NCBI GenBank assembly: GCA_001244265.2
Contig: CDLV01000004.1
Span: forward strand, 1,612,001 to 1,676,000
Reading direction: 5' to 3'
Length of the DNA: 64,000 nucleotides
Origin: Microbotryum violaceum
Lineage: Eukaryota
Of the stretch, positions 15,601 through 29,745 are shown piece after piece. Made by a program: the position numbers and the translations under genes. The notes under the pieces are model-generated. The model worked only from the letters and a program-made list of their open reading frames with translations, did not search any database and was not told where the DNA came from. How positions within the stretch are numbered: the stretch's first letter is position 1; every line of letters starts with the position of its first letter.

Positions 15601-17720
15601 AGGTGTCGCTCTTGCGTGCAAGGAGGATACACCAGTGCTTGCGGGTGTGGTCGTCAACAATCACAAGCATGTAACGATGGCCGCCGAAGCTAACGTGTGG
15701 CATCTGGGCAAGGTCGACATGGATCAGGCCGAGGCGCTGGGAGGCAATCGACGTGGAGCGGGCGAATGGAAGGGCATGCGCTTTGGAAGCGAGACATGCA
15801 TTGCAATGGAAGGTCCTACACTCCTCGTCCGAGTAATCCCACACCACACCAGTAACCATCCCTTTTTGAACGATTTTCTTGAGAAGGAGGACGGGGAGGT
15901 GCGCAAGGCGGTTGTGTAGGGTAAGCAAGGACACGTGGGAGGGCGAAGCGAGCAGAGCGTGGGGCCTACAAGGTGCAGGAGTGAGGTCCAGAGTGTAGAG
16001 GTCATTGGCGATGGCCCGAGCGGTGGCGACAGCGGTACCAGCGGCGTTGCGGATGGTGGCGACGTTGGAACCGAACGAGACCGTGAAACCGAGGCGGTCG
16101 AGGCGTCGAACGGACAACAAGTTGCAAGGCAACGAGGGCACATGAAGAACGTCAGCAACGGCGATGCGACCGGAAGCCGTGTCGAGCGCCACGGAGCCGG
16201 AACCGGTGGATGGTAGGGAGCCCGCAACACCAGCAACGTGCGGTCCCTTGACGGGCTGCAAGTGCGTAAAGAGGCAAACGTCGTTGGCCATATGCCGATT
16301 GGCGCCGGAGTCCAGGAGCCAGGCCCCCTTGTCGAACGGGGAGGAGGCCGAGAGAAAGCAGGCGGAGTAGATCGCAGGTGAGAGGTGCTCGTCGGCGACA
16401 GATGGCGCGGCAGCGGGAGAGGCAGCGGGCTGGGAAGGCTTGCGTTCGCCGGCGGGCTTGTTACTGTTCTCGATGGCACGACGCGCGCGGAAGGAGGCTG
16501 CCCAAGCGGTGTCGGGGCAGTCCCTGAGCCAATGCATCTTGCGACACTTTGGGTTGGGGCATGGGGTTCGAGGAGCGCGGGTGTCGCGAGCGGAGGATCG
16601 AGCAAGCGCCGCGGTGGGAGTGTCGACTGGACGAGCGCGAATGTCGCGTAGGAGGCGATCGAAAATCGCCGAGACAGACGGCAGGGTTGTCGAATCACCC
16701 TGGTCGTTGACGAAGGTCGAGCGCCACGACTCGAGCGATGGCGGTAGCCGGGAGAGGAGGTGCGAGGCGACGAGAGAGTCGACAGTGACCTTCGACGAGG
16801 TGAGCAGACGAAGCTGATTCTCGAAACCGTCACGGAACTGGAGGAACGAGTCCGTGGTGGCGGGGAGCTCCTCGGTGCTGAAGAGCGTGACCACGGCCGG
16901 AAGGAGGTCAACAGCCGAGGTGGCGCCGTAACGAGAACGGAGAGCCTGCCAGATCTTCGGCGCGCCGTCGCTATCGTCGAGGAAGGTCGACAAACCGGGG
17001 AGGACCAAGCGAGGGTCGACAGACGAGCAGAGCGAGGAAAGGGCGTAGTGGTCCCATAACGGGACGAGCGAGGGGGGCCACGAAGTGCATGGCTCACCGC
17101 TCTCCAGGTACCGGAGGACACCGGCCGGCAAACGCGAGCGGACGACAAGGAGCCAATCCTGGTAGCCCGCCGAGTCGCGGAGGAGTTCCGTTGCAGCAAA
17201 CGAGGCTGGCTGCTGCGGCGGACGAGCGACGATAGGGGCGATAGCGGCTTCAAGGGAGGTGCCGGGCTGGGGCGTAGCGCCGGGCGCGGACTTGGGAGGC
17301 ATAGCGGGGCGGCGCGAGCGTGCGAAGAAAAAAAACGAAACGGACGCGAAAGCGACCGTGCTGGTAGATCGTGTGGGCTTATAACCTATGATGTTAAGCA
17401 ACGCACAGACCTGCTCAAGCAGTGGTAAGTCTCTGATCGACGGACCAAAGGAGACCAGACCAAGAAGTTGCTTGACACACCTGCTCAAGCAGTGGTAAGT
17501 CTCTGATCGACGGACCAAAGGAGACCAGACCAAGAAGTTGCTTGAGCAGGAGAGAGAGAGGCGCGCAGGACCAGCTAGTTGGGGGCAAGTGCGCGCGTCT
17601 GGCCAGAAGACGGAAGATAGACGGCAAAGGCCGGGTCTAAAGGAGAATAAAGGTAGAGACACAGGGGCCATGATGCTAGAAGGAAATAGGAGAGAATTAA
17701 AGTACTTTGAGAATCTCACA
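12681..17720 (-). mobile_element. Near-intact 5040-bp Ty1/copia LTR retrotransposon
   Basis: 334-bp LTRs at 12681-13014 and 17387-17720 that look identical by eye; TSD CTTCG on both sides; PBS-like GGTTATAAGCCC; G-rich PPT; gag-PR-IN-RT-RH domain order. Confidence 0.97.
13032..17302 (-). CDS. Copia gag-pol polyprotein with one frameshift near 14930
   Basis: CPNPKCRKMHWLRDC knuckle; WLLDSGA; IRSDNGGEF; LYGLRQA; YVDD; YSDCNW; ADIFTKAL. Confidence 0.92.
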
Positions 17721-18249
17721 CTTCGCACGCCATGACGTCACGCCACGTGGTTTGTCTCGTTCTAGGACGTTCTTTGTCTCGACGGCCTATTTTATTATAT
17801 AGTTTTAAGGATAGATGAACGACTGCGCCTCAGTTTGAACCGGACTCATAGAATGTCGTGGAAGGCCGCGGAACGTCGTGGAGTGAAGCCCAAAGCAGAG
17901 GGTCACGTGCCAGGCTGCTTGGATGGGAAATGGAACCTCGACGAACGTGGACAAAACGGTCTGTTGCCACGTGGTCTGTCTCCCCGTTCTCTGACGTTCT
18001 TTGACGTCGACGTGGTGGACGCCCGAAACAGTCTGCTTCGGGACAGAGAGAGTCACGTGCTATTGAATGGAACCTCGGCGAAGGTAGACGAAGCGGTGTC
18101 GCCGATGCGGAATCAGCGCTAGCTAGTTCTGGGGACGCGCTAGACGAGAGCTGTCTATGATGTCATGCCACGTGGTTTGTCTCTTGTTCCTTAGTCATTT
18201 ATATAGATGAAGTATATGAATGATAAGTTTTAAGGATAGGGGTACCTAA

Positions 18250-20336
18250 TCCCTAATATTCTCTAACAGCCATTGAACTAAAGTGATTAGCGAAAATGGC
18301 TAGTGACTTGTTCAAGCGCGAGCATCGCGAAGCGCCTTTACGAAGCGAAGGCAAACGGGCCCAAAGCCATGCCTGCTGCTGGGCCGGCTGCTCGACTCTC
18401 CTCTTTGTCCCGCTCCGATCAACAGAATCAGCTCCCGCGCACAATGACAACAACTCAACCGATCTTGGTATTGCGACCCGTATAAGCGCCGCCGTACAGC
18501 TTTGTAGAACGGACAGCGTGGTCAGCGCGAGGGCCCGATGGCCGAACCGACGCTGAGCTCGCCCCACCACCACCTCTTCCTGCGCAGAGCAAGTGCACAG
18601 GCCTCGAACCCCGCTCAAACCACTCAAGCGCCACGTTCCCATCCGCGACTACCTCGGCCCCAGATGGCCGTGTGTATCCACTACAAAGCTTGACACTGGG
18701 AGTACGAAAGGTCGAAGTCGACCGGACACTACAGCACGTGCTGTTCGCAGGGCAAGGTGCAGCTACCTCCTCTCTCCGGCCCAATCGCGAGTATTGACAG
18801 CTACTTGAAGGGTCGCATACCGGTCAGTCTCTCTGTCGAACGACATTCGTCTGTAGTAGACCCACATGCTGAACTGTGCAATCCACCTACACAGAAGCTA
18901 AGACATTCCGCGAGAATGCCCTGTCATACAACAACTTGAACGCGCTGTCGTTCACTTCGCTCGCTGCCCACTTTGACCAGACTCGACTAGGCACTCAAGG
19001 ACCCCGCACGTTTCGGATATTTCGACGCCTCTCGGCGCCCTGATTCCTGCCGTCAATCAGCGCCCAACCTTTGCCAAATCATGGCTCATCTGCCCGGCCG
19101 AGGCCACCGACACTCAACTTGGACCCAACGGCGCAGACAGTCGCATACAAAGATCTACTTTGACCAAGCTTGATTCTACGTTGCGTACCGGCAATCGCTT
19201 TGTGAGGGAATTTGCATCGGCCAAAGCTTGCGCAGGTTAGGCCGAAGAGTGGGTCCCGTGCCTCTGCCTACCAGCTGGCCGAGACCGACGCACCCACAAC
19301 CTTCCTACGTCGAGCACCGAAATGGCGATGCTTATCTGCGATTCCGACACCAACACGGGAGATCGTGGACCGCAAGACCTTATTCTCCAGGTGCACGGTG
19401 ATCGATGTCCCGATGGTCGGCCCAAGTACCAAATCGTTAGCTCGCTCCATCCGTCTGCGATGCCTCTCCGTTACCCACTACTCTTCCTCGCAGAGGAAGA
19501 TAGCTTCCACCTCAACATTCCTCTTTGCGCGTTCAATCAAATTGGGCCACTCTTTGCCCAAAGACCGCGACGAGGAGGAAGGGGACGCAGAGAATGGTGA
19601 TGGCGAACGTACGCGTCTTCGGCTCTTTCTCTGATGTTCCATTCTGCCGAAGGCGCAAGCACAGACTGACATTGAACTTTTGAACACCTAGGACGAAGGT
19701 CAAGTAAAGGGGTCGAGGTGGCGAGTCTCGCGTTCACAATTATTTGCGTACTACTTGCATAAATGCGACGAGTACTTCTCAATCCCGCATTGCACCCAAC
19801 GTGCCTTCCTGGCGTTCGTGATGACGGATACTCCCAGGTCAAGACCGATCGACTCAACTTACCTCCAGTTGGATCAAGAAAACCTCCGCCTCACCACGGG
19901 CCAAGGCATCATCAGCTTGACCCCGGATCAAGTTGGATGTTCGGTGATTTTGGGCTCAACGTTCAAGAATAGACCGCGCGAGAACACGCAGCGTTACCAA
20001 GATGCAATGGCGTGCGTCGTAAAATATGGAAAGCCTTTGCTGTTCATCACGGTGACGTCCCCAAATGGCCTGAAATCAAAGCTGCACTGGGGCCGAACGA
20101 CCAAGCAAGCAACCGACCGGAACTCATTGCACGAGCGTTTGAATCCAAGTTGAACCGACTCTGCGACGACAACATTTTTGGCAACAAGCAACGGGCAGGC
20201 TGTTTGTGAATGGAGAACTGTTTCTTTGCTGTACTTCGTAGTGTGCTTATTTAACCTCTGTTCAAATCATGTAGACTGTTCAATTGTGCTGCTATTTGAA
20301 TTGCACCCTCCCGTTAATTTAACGGGTTCCCACTGG
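18250..20336 (+). mobile_element. Internally deleted Helitron (N-terminal Rep region only)
   Basis: A|TC start; YQDAMACVVKYGKPLLFIT; 3' hairpin CCGTTAATTTAACGG then CTGG|T. Confidence 0.85.
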
Positions 20337-20366
20337 TTTTATTATATAGTTTTAAGGATAAGGATA

Positions 20367-23034
20367 CCAGTGGGAACCCGTTAAATTAACGGGAGGATGA
20401 AATTCAAAGAATAGCAGGATAATTGAACAGTCTACATGATATCAGCGCAGAGGTGAAGAAAACACAATACGAAATACAGCAAAGAAACAAAATCCATCCA
20501 TCTTACATTCATTGCCGAAACAGCCTGCATGTCGCTTGTTGCCGGACTTGGCTTCAAACACTCGTGCAATGAGATCCGGACGGTTGCATGCGCTATCGGC
20601 CCCAGTGCAGCCTTGGTTTCCGGTGAGTCGGGCTCGTACGTCATCGTGATGAGCAGCGGAGGCTTTCCATGTTTGACAACGCATGCCATCGCATCCTGGT
20701 ACCGCTGCGTGATGTCGCGATTTGGTACGGGGTCAAACCGTTGATGCCTTGGGTCGTGGTGAGGCGGAGGTTTTCTTGATCCAACTGGAGGTAAGTTGAG
20801 TCGATCGGTCTTGACCTGGGAGTATCCGTCATCACGAACGCCAGGAAGGCACGTTGGGTGCAATGCGGGATTGAGAAGTACTCGTCGCATTTATGCAAGT
20901 AGTACGCAAATAATTGTGAACGCGAGACTCGCCACCTCGACCCCTTTACTTGACCATCGTCCTAGGTGTTCAAAAGTTCAATGTCAGTCTGTGCTTGCGC
21001 CTTCGGCAGAATGGAACATCAGAGAAAGAGCCGAAGACGCGTACGTTCGCCATCACCATCCTCTTCGTCCCCTTCCTCGCCGTCTTCATCCTTATTGTTG
21101 CGGTCTTCGTCCTCCTGTTTGTCTTCTTCATCTGGACCAAGGCCGGCAAGTAGCTCGCGCAATTGGACACCATTGTCGATCTGCTCTCGGTTTCTGGCGA
21201 TTGGCGGCCCGGCTTGGTGGAACCCGCAAAAAGGAATGTTGGGGTGGAAGCCATCTTCCCCTGCAGGAAATAGTAGTGGGTAACGGAGAGTCGCGGACGG
21301 ATGGAGCGAGCTAACGATTTGGTACTTGGGCCGACCATCGGGACATCGATCACCGTGCACCTGGAGAATAAGTTCTTCCGGTCCACGATCTCCCGTGTTG
21401 GTGTGGGAATCGCAGATAAGCATCGCCATTTCCGTGCTCGACGTAGGAAGGTTGTGGGTGCGTCGGTCTTGGCCTGGCGGGAGGCAGAGGCACGGGACCC
21501 ACTCTTTGGCCGTATCCCAACCTGCGCGAGGTTTGGCCGATGCGAACTCCCTCACAAAGTGATTCTTGGTACGCAACATGGACTCGAACTTGGTCAAAGT
21601 AGATCGTTGCATGTGACTGTCTGCGCCGTCGGGTTCAAGTCGAGTGTCGGTGGCCTCGGCCGGGTTGATCAGCCATGTTTGAGCAATGGCTGGGCATTGA
21701 TTCACGGCAGGGATCAGGGCGCCGAGTCGATGGTAGAGGCGACCAAACACGCAAAACACGGGGGGTCCTAGCGTGCCCACTTGAGTTTGGTCCCAGTGGG
21801 CAGCGAGCGAAGTGAATGAAAACGCGTTGTTGTACGACCGAGCGTTCTCGCGGAACGCTTTCGCTTCTGTGTGCGTGGGAAGATTGTCGTGGAAATATCG
21901 TCGCACAGTTCAGCATGTGGGCCTACTGCAGACAGACGTTGTTGGACGGAGCAACTGACCGCTAGCCGAGCCTTCAAGAAGCTGCCGATACTCGAGATTG
22001 GGCTGGGGAGGGGGAGGTAGCCGCACCTTGCCCTGCGAGCAGCACTCGCCGAAGTGTCTGGTCGACTTGGACCTTTCGCACTCCCAGTGCCGAGCCTTGC
22101 AGTGGGTGCACACGGCCGTCTGGGGGCCGAGGTCGTCGCGGATCGAAACGTGGGCTTGAGGGGTTTGAGCGCGATTCGAGCCCGGCGCACTCGCCTTTGC
22201 GGAGGAGGTGGTGGTGGGGCGAGCCCAGCGTCGAGTTGGCCATCGCGCTGACCACGCTGTCCGTTCTGCACAGCTGCACGGCGGGCTCGTATACGTGTCG
22301 CAATGCCAAGATCGGTTGCATTGTTGTCATGACGCGCGGGGGCTGATTCTGTTGATCGGAGCGGGACGAAGAGGAGGGTCGAGCCGCGGGGCGCCCAGCA
22401 GCGAGCGCTCGAGCAGGCCCATGGTAGCCCATGGTACGGCGCTACCCTCGCGCCCAAGACTTGGCGAGGTTGCGATGGCCCTCCCTGAGTCCCTGGCGAC
22501 CTTGGGACCGGGACATAGCAGCGAGGGTTTGTTCTTAAATGAGTGTCACTAAAATTGGATGAGAGTGAGAGGGAGAAAGGAAAGGTTCTTACGTGGTTTG
22601 ATTTGTTGTTCAGCCCCTAATACCGCTGGTCGACTGCCGGAATGACACTGACACCGCCGGCGCACCGCATCACGTGACAAACGCCAGCCCTCGCCTCGCG
22701 CGTCAGGCAGAGCTCTGCTGTAGAAGCAATATCATGCAAAGCCACGCGCTTGCGGTTCATTAAATGCAATATGAGTGGAAGCATTGGTTTATGTGAGCGA
22801 AAAAAAGAAGGAAAATACTGGGAGCGCTGTAGCTTCGTTGGAACGGCGCGGAAACTACAAAAGTCACCACAGCGCTTGTACATGACTTCTGATCGGAACA
22901 TGGACACCACAGGCAGGTGCGGCAGACACAACAGTATGCTGGTACATCCACCACAGGCGGCCCTCCAGGCTGCAACCTAGTTAAAAACAGCGATTTTAGG
23001 TACATTCCTTAACTTACCTTTTTTTATATAGAGA
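20367..23034 (-). mobile_element. Internally deleted Helitron, tail-to-tail with the previous copy
   Basis: CTHCKARHW..ECCSQGKVRLP; FRENARSYNNAFSFTS; LRYPLLFPAGEDGFH; same 3' hairpin and CTGG|T; 5' end TCTCTATATAAAA near 23034. Confidence 0.88.
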
Positions 23035-23521
23035 GGTAGTAAAGGCCAAAAAAGGGCGTTTTTCCGCATGCGCCTCTGGCTGGGCTTTCGGGGGTCCTGG
23101 CTAGCGTAGGCCGAAATAGGGCCGAGGTCGTCCAGGGTCTTCCGGAACCATCACTAGAAACCGACTGACACTCACAGACGCGAGCCGTTATGTGCACACC
23201 CGAATTTTCAATTCCGAAGAGGGGGTTTGACGACATGGTGTTGGAGTGGTGAAGATCGTTTAGGACTTGCAAGTGCATGGAAGAAAGGAAAGAGAGAATC
23301 GGGTTGAACAGCCCTATTCATTCATGCGCGCGGGCAACGTCTACGAGCGCGAGCGCAGTAAACAACAAACATTGCGCTTGGACCGCGCCCGCGTTGGTCA
23401 CGTGCTGTGGCGACGCACTCGACAGACGCCCCTCGAGACCGAAACGCGCGGCCGAATTAGGCGGCAGAAATCGGTCCAGAACTCCCCCGCGAGGACAATA
23501 AAAAGCTGGAGCGTGTGGATA

Positions 23522-25872
23522 AGGACCCCCGAAAGCCCAGCTTGAGGCGCGTAGGTAAAATCCGCCAAAATTCCCGATTTTGGACCTCATTTGTCCACCA
23601 ATTTTTGGATTTTTCGGCCAAAAAGGTCCCAAAAATGTCCAGTCTATCTACGCGCGTCTAAAAATAGCTCTAGAACTGCTTCAAATGCTCTAAAACATCT
23701 TCAAAAATCGCGAAAACGCCGTCCGGACGTTTTTCGCCCGGGCCGAATCGCGGGAGCCCGCGCGCGCGTCAGCCGCTTCAGTTCTGCTTCGCCGAGGGCC
23801 CCTCACCTGCACTTACTGCCTACCTCTTTGACTATGATTTAACGTGGCCATGGTATACATGTAACGTACAGCGAGAGGTAAGATCGATTGCAGTCACTCT
23901 GCGAAGCATTAAGCTAGCTACCGTGAGATGTACGAACCAAGTCCAATCGACAGTTGTTCTTCTCCTATGTTGCTGGCGTCACAACTGACAGGTATCATGC
24001 CTCGTTTCGATACAAAGCAGACAACAGAGCCGATTTTCCAAGGCGTAGCTGACGTGACGTTTCCGTCGATCGACCCAAACGGTGGGTTCTTGGCGAATGC
24101 CGTGTATTGCCTTGCTCGCAATTGCATCCGTATCTGGGCAAGAATGAACATTATTGATGAGCACTCTCCGGGCGATATGTGCACAGCACACAATTGTAGC
24201 TCACTTCTTTACGTCTGTCTTCGATGTACCCTATGTTTTCCGTCTCGTTTGCGGTCGAAAAGCGACTGAAGGTCGCTTGTCCTGTCCAACGAATGGAGCT
24301 CGCAACTCCTGACACGGCTTCGAGACGGGCTGCACCCATTGAATGCACTAAGCCTCGGATGACACTGGAGTGCATTTCACCGTGCTTGGACAATTTTGCT
24401 TTTGATGTGGGATCGGAAACTCGGGAAGTTGAGGTAGTGGCGCCGTGCCTTCCCTTGAGTAGGACAGCTCTGAGATGGAAGCATTGATGTGCCCGACGGT
24501 GCTGGATCAAGCTGTTCAGATCAAGCGCAAGCTGACGAGATTCGTGACGCAGAAGGGATGGGAGCCGAATAATCTGAGCCTGTGAAAGAATGCTAGTTCC
24601 ATTCAGTGTTGCTACACGAAACCAATTGCTTAGATGAACCTACACGACCCGGCAAGCTTTCATTTCACAATGACGTTGAGCAGGAAGTGTTCCTCAGCTT
24701 GAGCATTGGCCTCGTCATAGGCCTGCTGAATGGCAAGCCTAGAATTGGAAGAGATGAGTGATCAGCTCAGAGAAGGTTGGTACAGGTCTCATGGCACTCA
24801 ACTTACGGTGCAGCATCATTGTTAAGGCCAAGAGCAGCTAAAGAGCGAACAGCGTTTTCAACCGACTTCCGCTCTTTCGGGTCCAGCACGACGAGACCTT
24901 TCTCCAAGCCACATTGTCCCTAGGAAAAGCACGAAAAATAATCCCAATCAATCCACGCCATCGAACAGACGAACAATTTGGCTGCTTCCCAACGAAATCG
25001 AGCAGCGTGTGCAAAGACGCGCTACACCCGAGGATCCTTGAGGGGGTATATTGCTCCTCTATGAGCAGTGACGGCAGCACCTCCAGAGCCTTCACGATGA
25101 GATGCTGACTTTTGATGTCGACACCCAGATGAATTTCCATCCACTTTTGGCTGCTGATAACGATCGAACGCATGCGCTCGGCGTAATCTATATGCCGCCA
25201 GATCCTTCGGCACCGAAAGGCAGCCGGTGCCCAGCGATAGCAATTGACCGGTAACCTTGCTCACGCGCCGCAGTAATTGCTCCACGATCCTTGAACTTGT
25301 CCGTCCAAGCATCGAGCGGCCTAGGAAGAGTATCACACTCGAGAGGCTCGTCTGTCGACCATGAAAGCTGTATCTGGGTTATCTGGGTGTCTGCAGTGGG
25401 CTGTCGAAGCGGAAGGCGAGAAGCTCGATATCCGGATCGTCTAGATACATTTCGTCGAAGCTGGCGAAGCGAGAACGTAGGATAATGACGATGATGGCAC
25501 AGACGACGCGACGCGGCGGGGGAGGCAAGAGACGGCGCACTCAGACGAGACGGCGCGTTCAACCAGCCAAGAGGCTTCTAATTGCAGAATCGAACCATTA
25601 GAGCCTTTGTTGTGAATTCGGTACAGGCCAGAGTGTTTCGCGCGCGCTCCGCACGTTCTTGAGGGTCGGCAAACTCTGGCGCACCAAGCCGAATGTGGTT
25701 GAAATGGGTCCAGATTTGTCCACTGGCACCTACGGGCCTAGGACCCCACCCGCACCGGCGCACCCTGATTTGTCCACCCCCGACTACGCGCCTTCGCGAT
25801 TTTGGCCCATCTGAGGCCCACAATTTGTCCAGTCGGGCACTACGCGCCTCAGGCCGGGCTTTCGGGGGTCCT
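23522..25872. mobile_element. Non-autonomous TIR DNA element with 8-bp TSD, carrying a gene-like cargo
   Basis: About 33-bp imperfect TIR AGGACCCCCGAAAGCCCrGCyTGAGGCGCGTAG; TSD TGTGGATA at 23514-23521 and 25873-25880. Confidence 0.88.
23918..25500 (-). pseudogene. Unidentified intron-containing gene or pseudogene inside the TIR element
   Basis: Chain of minus-strand ORFs; GTAAGT...CTAG intron at about 24807-24740; GTGAGC...CCAG intron near 24200-24135; no recognisable domain. Confidence 0.45.
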
Positions 25873-25996
25873 TGTGGATAGCCCGCCGCCTCGCAGACAC
25901 TCTGACACGACTTCCGGATAGACCGCCTCACCTCAAAGCTTGCCATTCTCTGGCCGAGCCACTTCTACGTCAACCCTCCGCCACACCACCAGGGCT

Positions 25997-29323
<3,327 letters not shown>

Positions 29324-29745
29324 AGCGAATCTTGGACTGTCGTGGGTTGCCAGGGAACGTTGTTGGAATGAACATCAAATTGCCGGCTTCCGGCGCTTGC
29401 CGTGTGCGAGGCAGTGGCACTGGGCGAGTTCTGCAGAGACTGTATCGTTGGGCTACGACGATGTCAGGGAAAAACGAGATGCTGGCTGCATTGCATGCGA
29501 GAAGCGTGGGGATGGGCCATGATGTTCCTTTGGAACTTCCAAATCTATAATGGAGAGGCGGTAGGCCATCCACTACCGGTCGAAATGGTGACCCTGGGAA
29601 ATCTGACTGCAGGAACAATGTATATCCGACGGGTGCGGTGTTGTAAGTATGCGGCGCCGGAAAAGATGGAGTACGCGGCACAGAAGGAGGGGGTGGAAGT
29701 GGCATGATGATGGGACAAGGCACCGCGAAGAAGCACTCGCCCAGA

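Noticed and set aside
15131-17253. Long alternative-frame and antisense ORFs (509 aa, 262 aa)
   Set aside because: Shadows of GC-rich copia coding sequence
17303-17728. N-terminal extension of the 1254-aa ORF
   Set aside because: Runs through the LTR and PBS; the likely gag start is MPPKS at 17302
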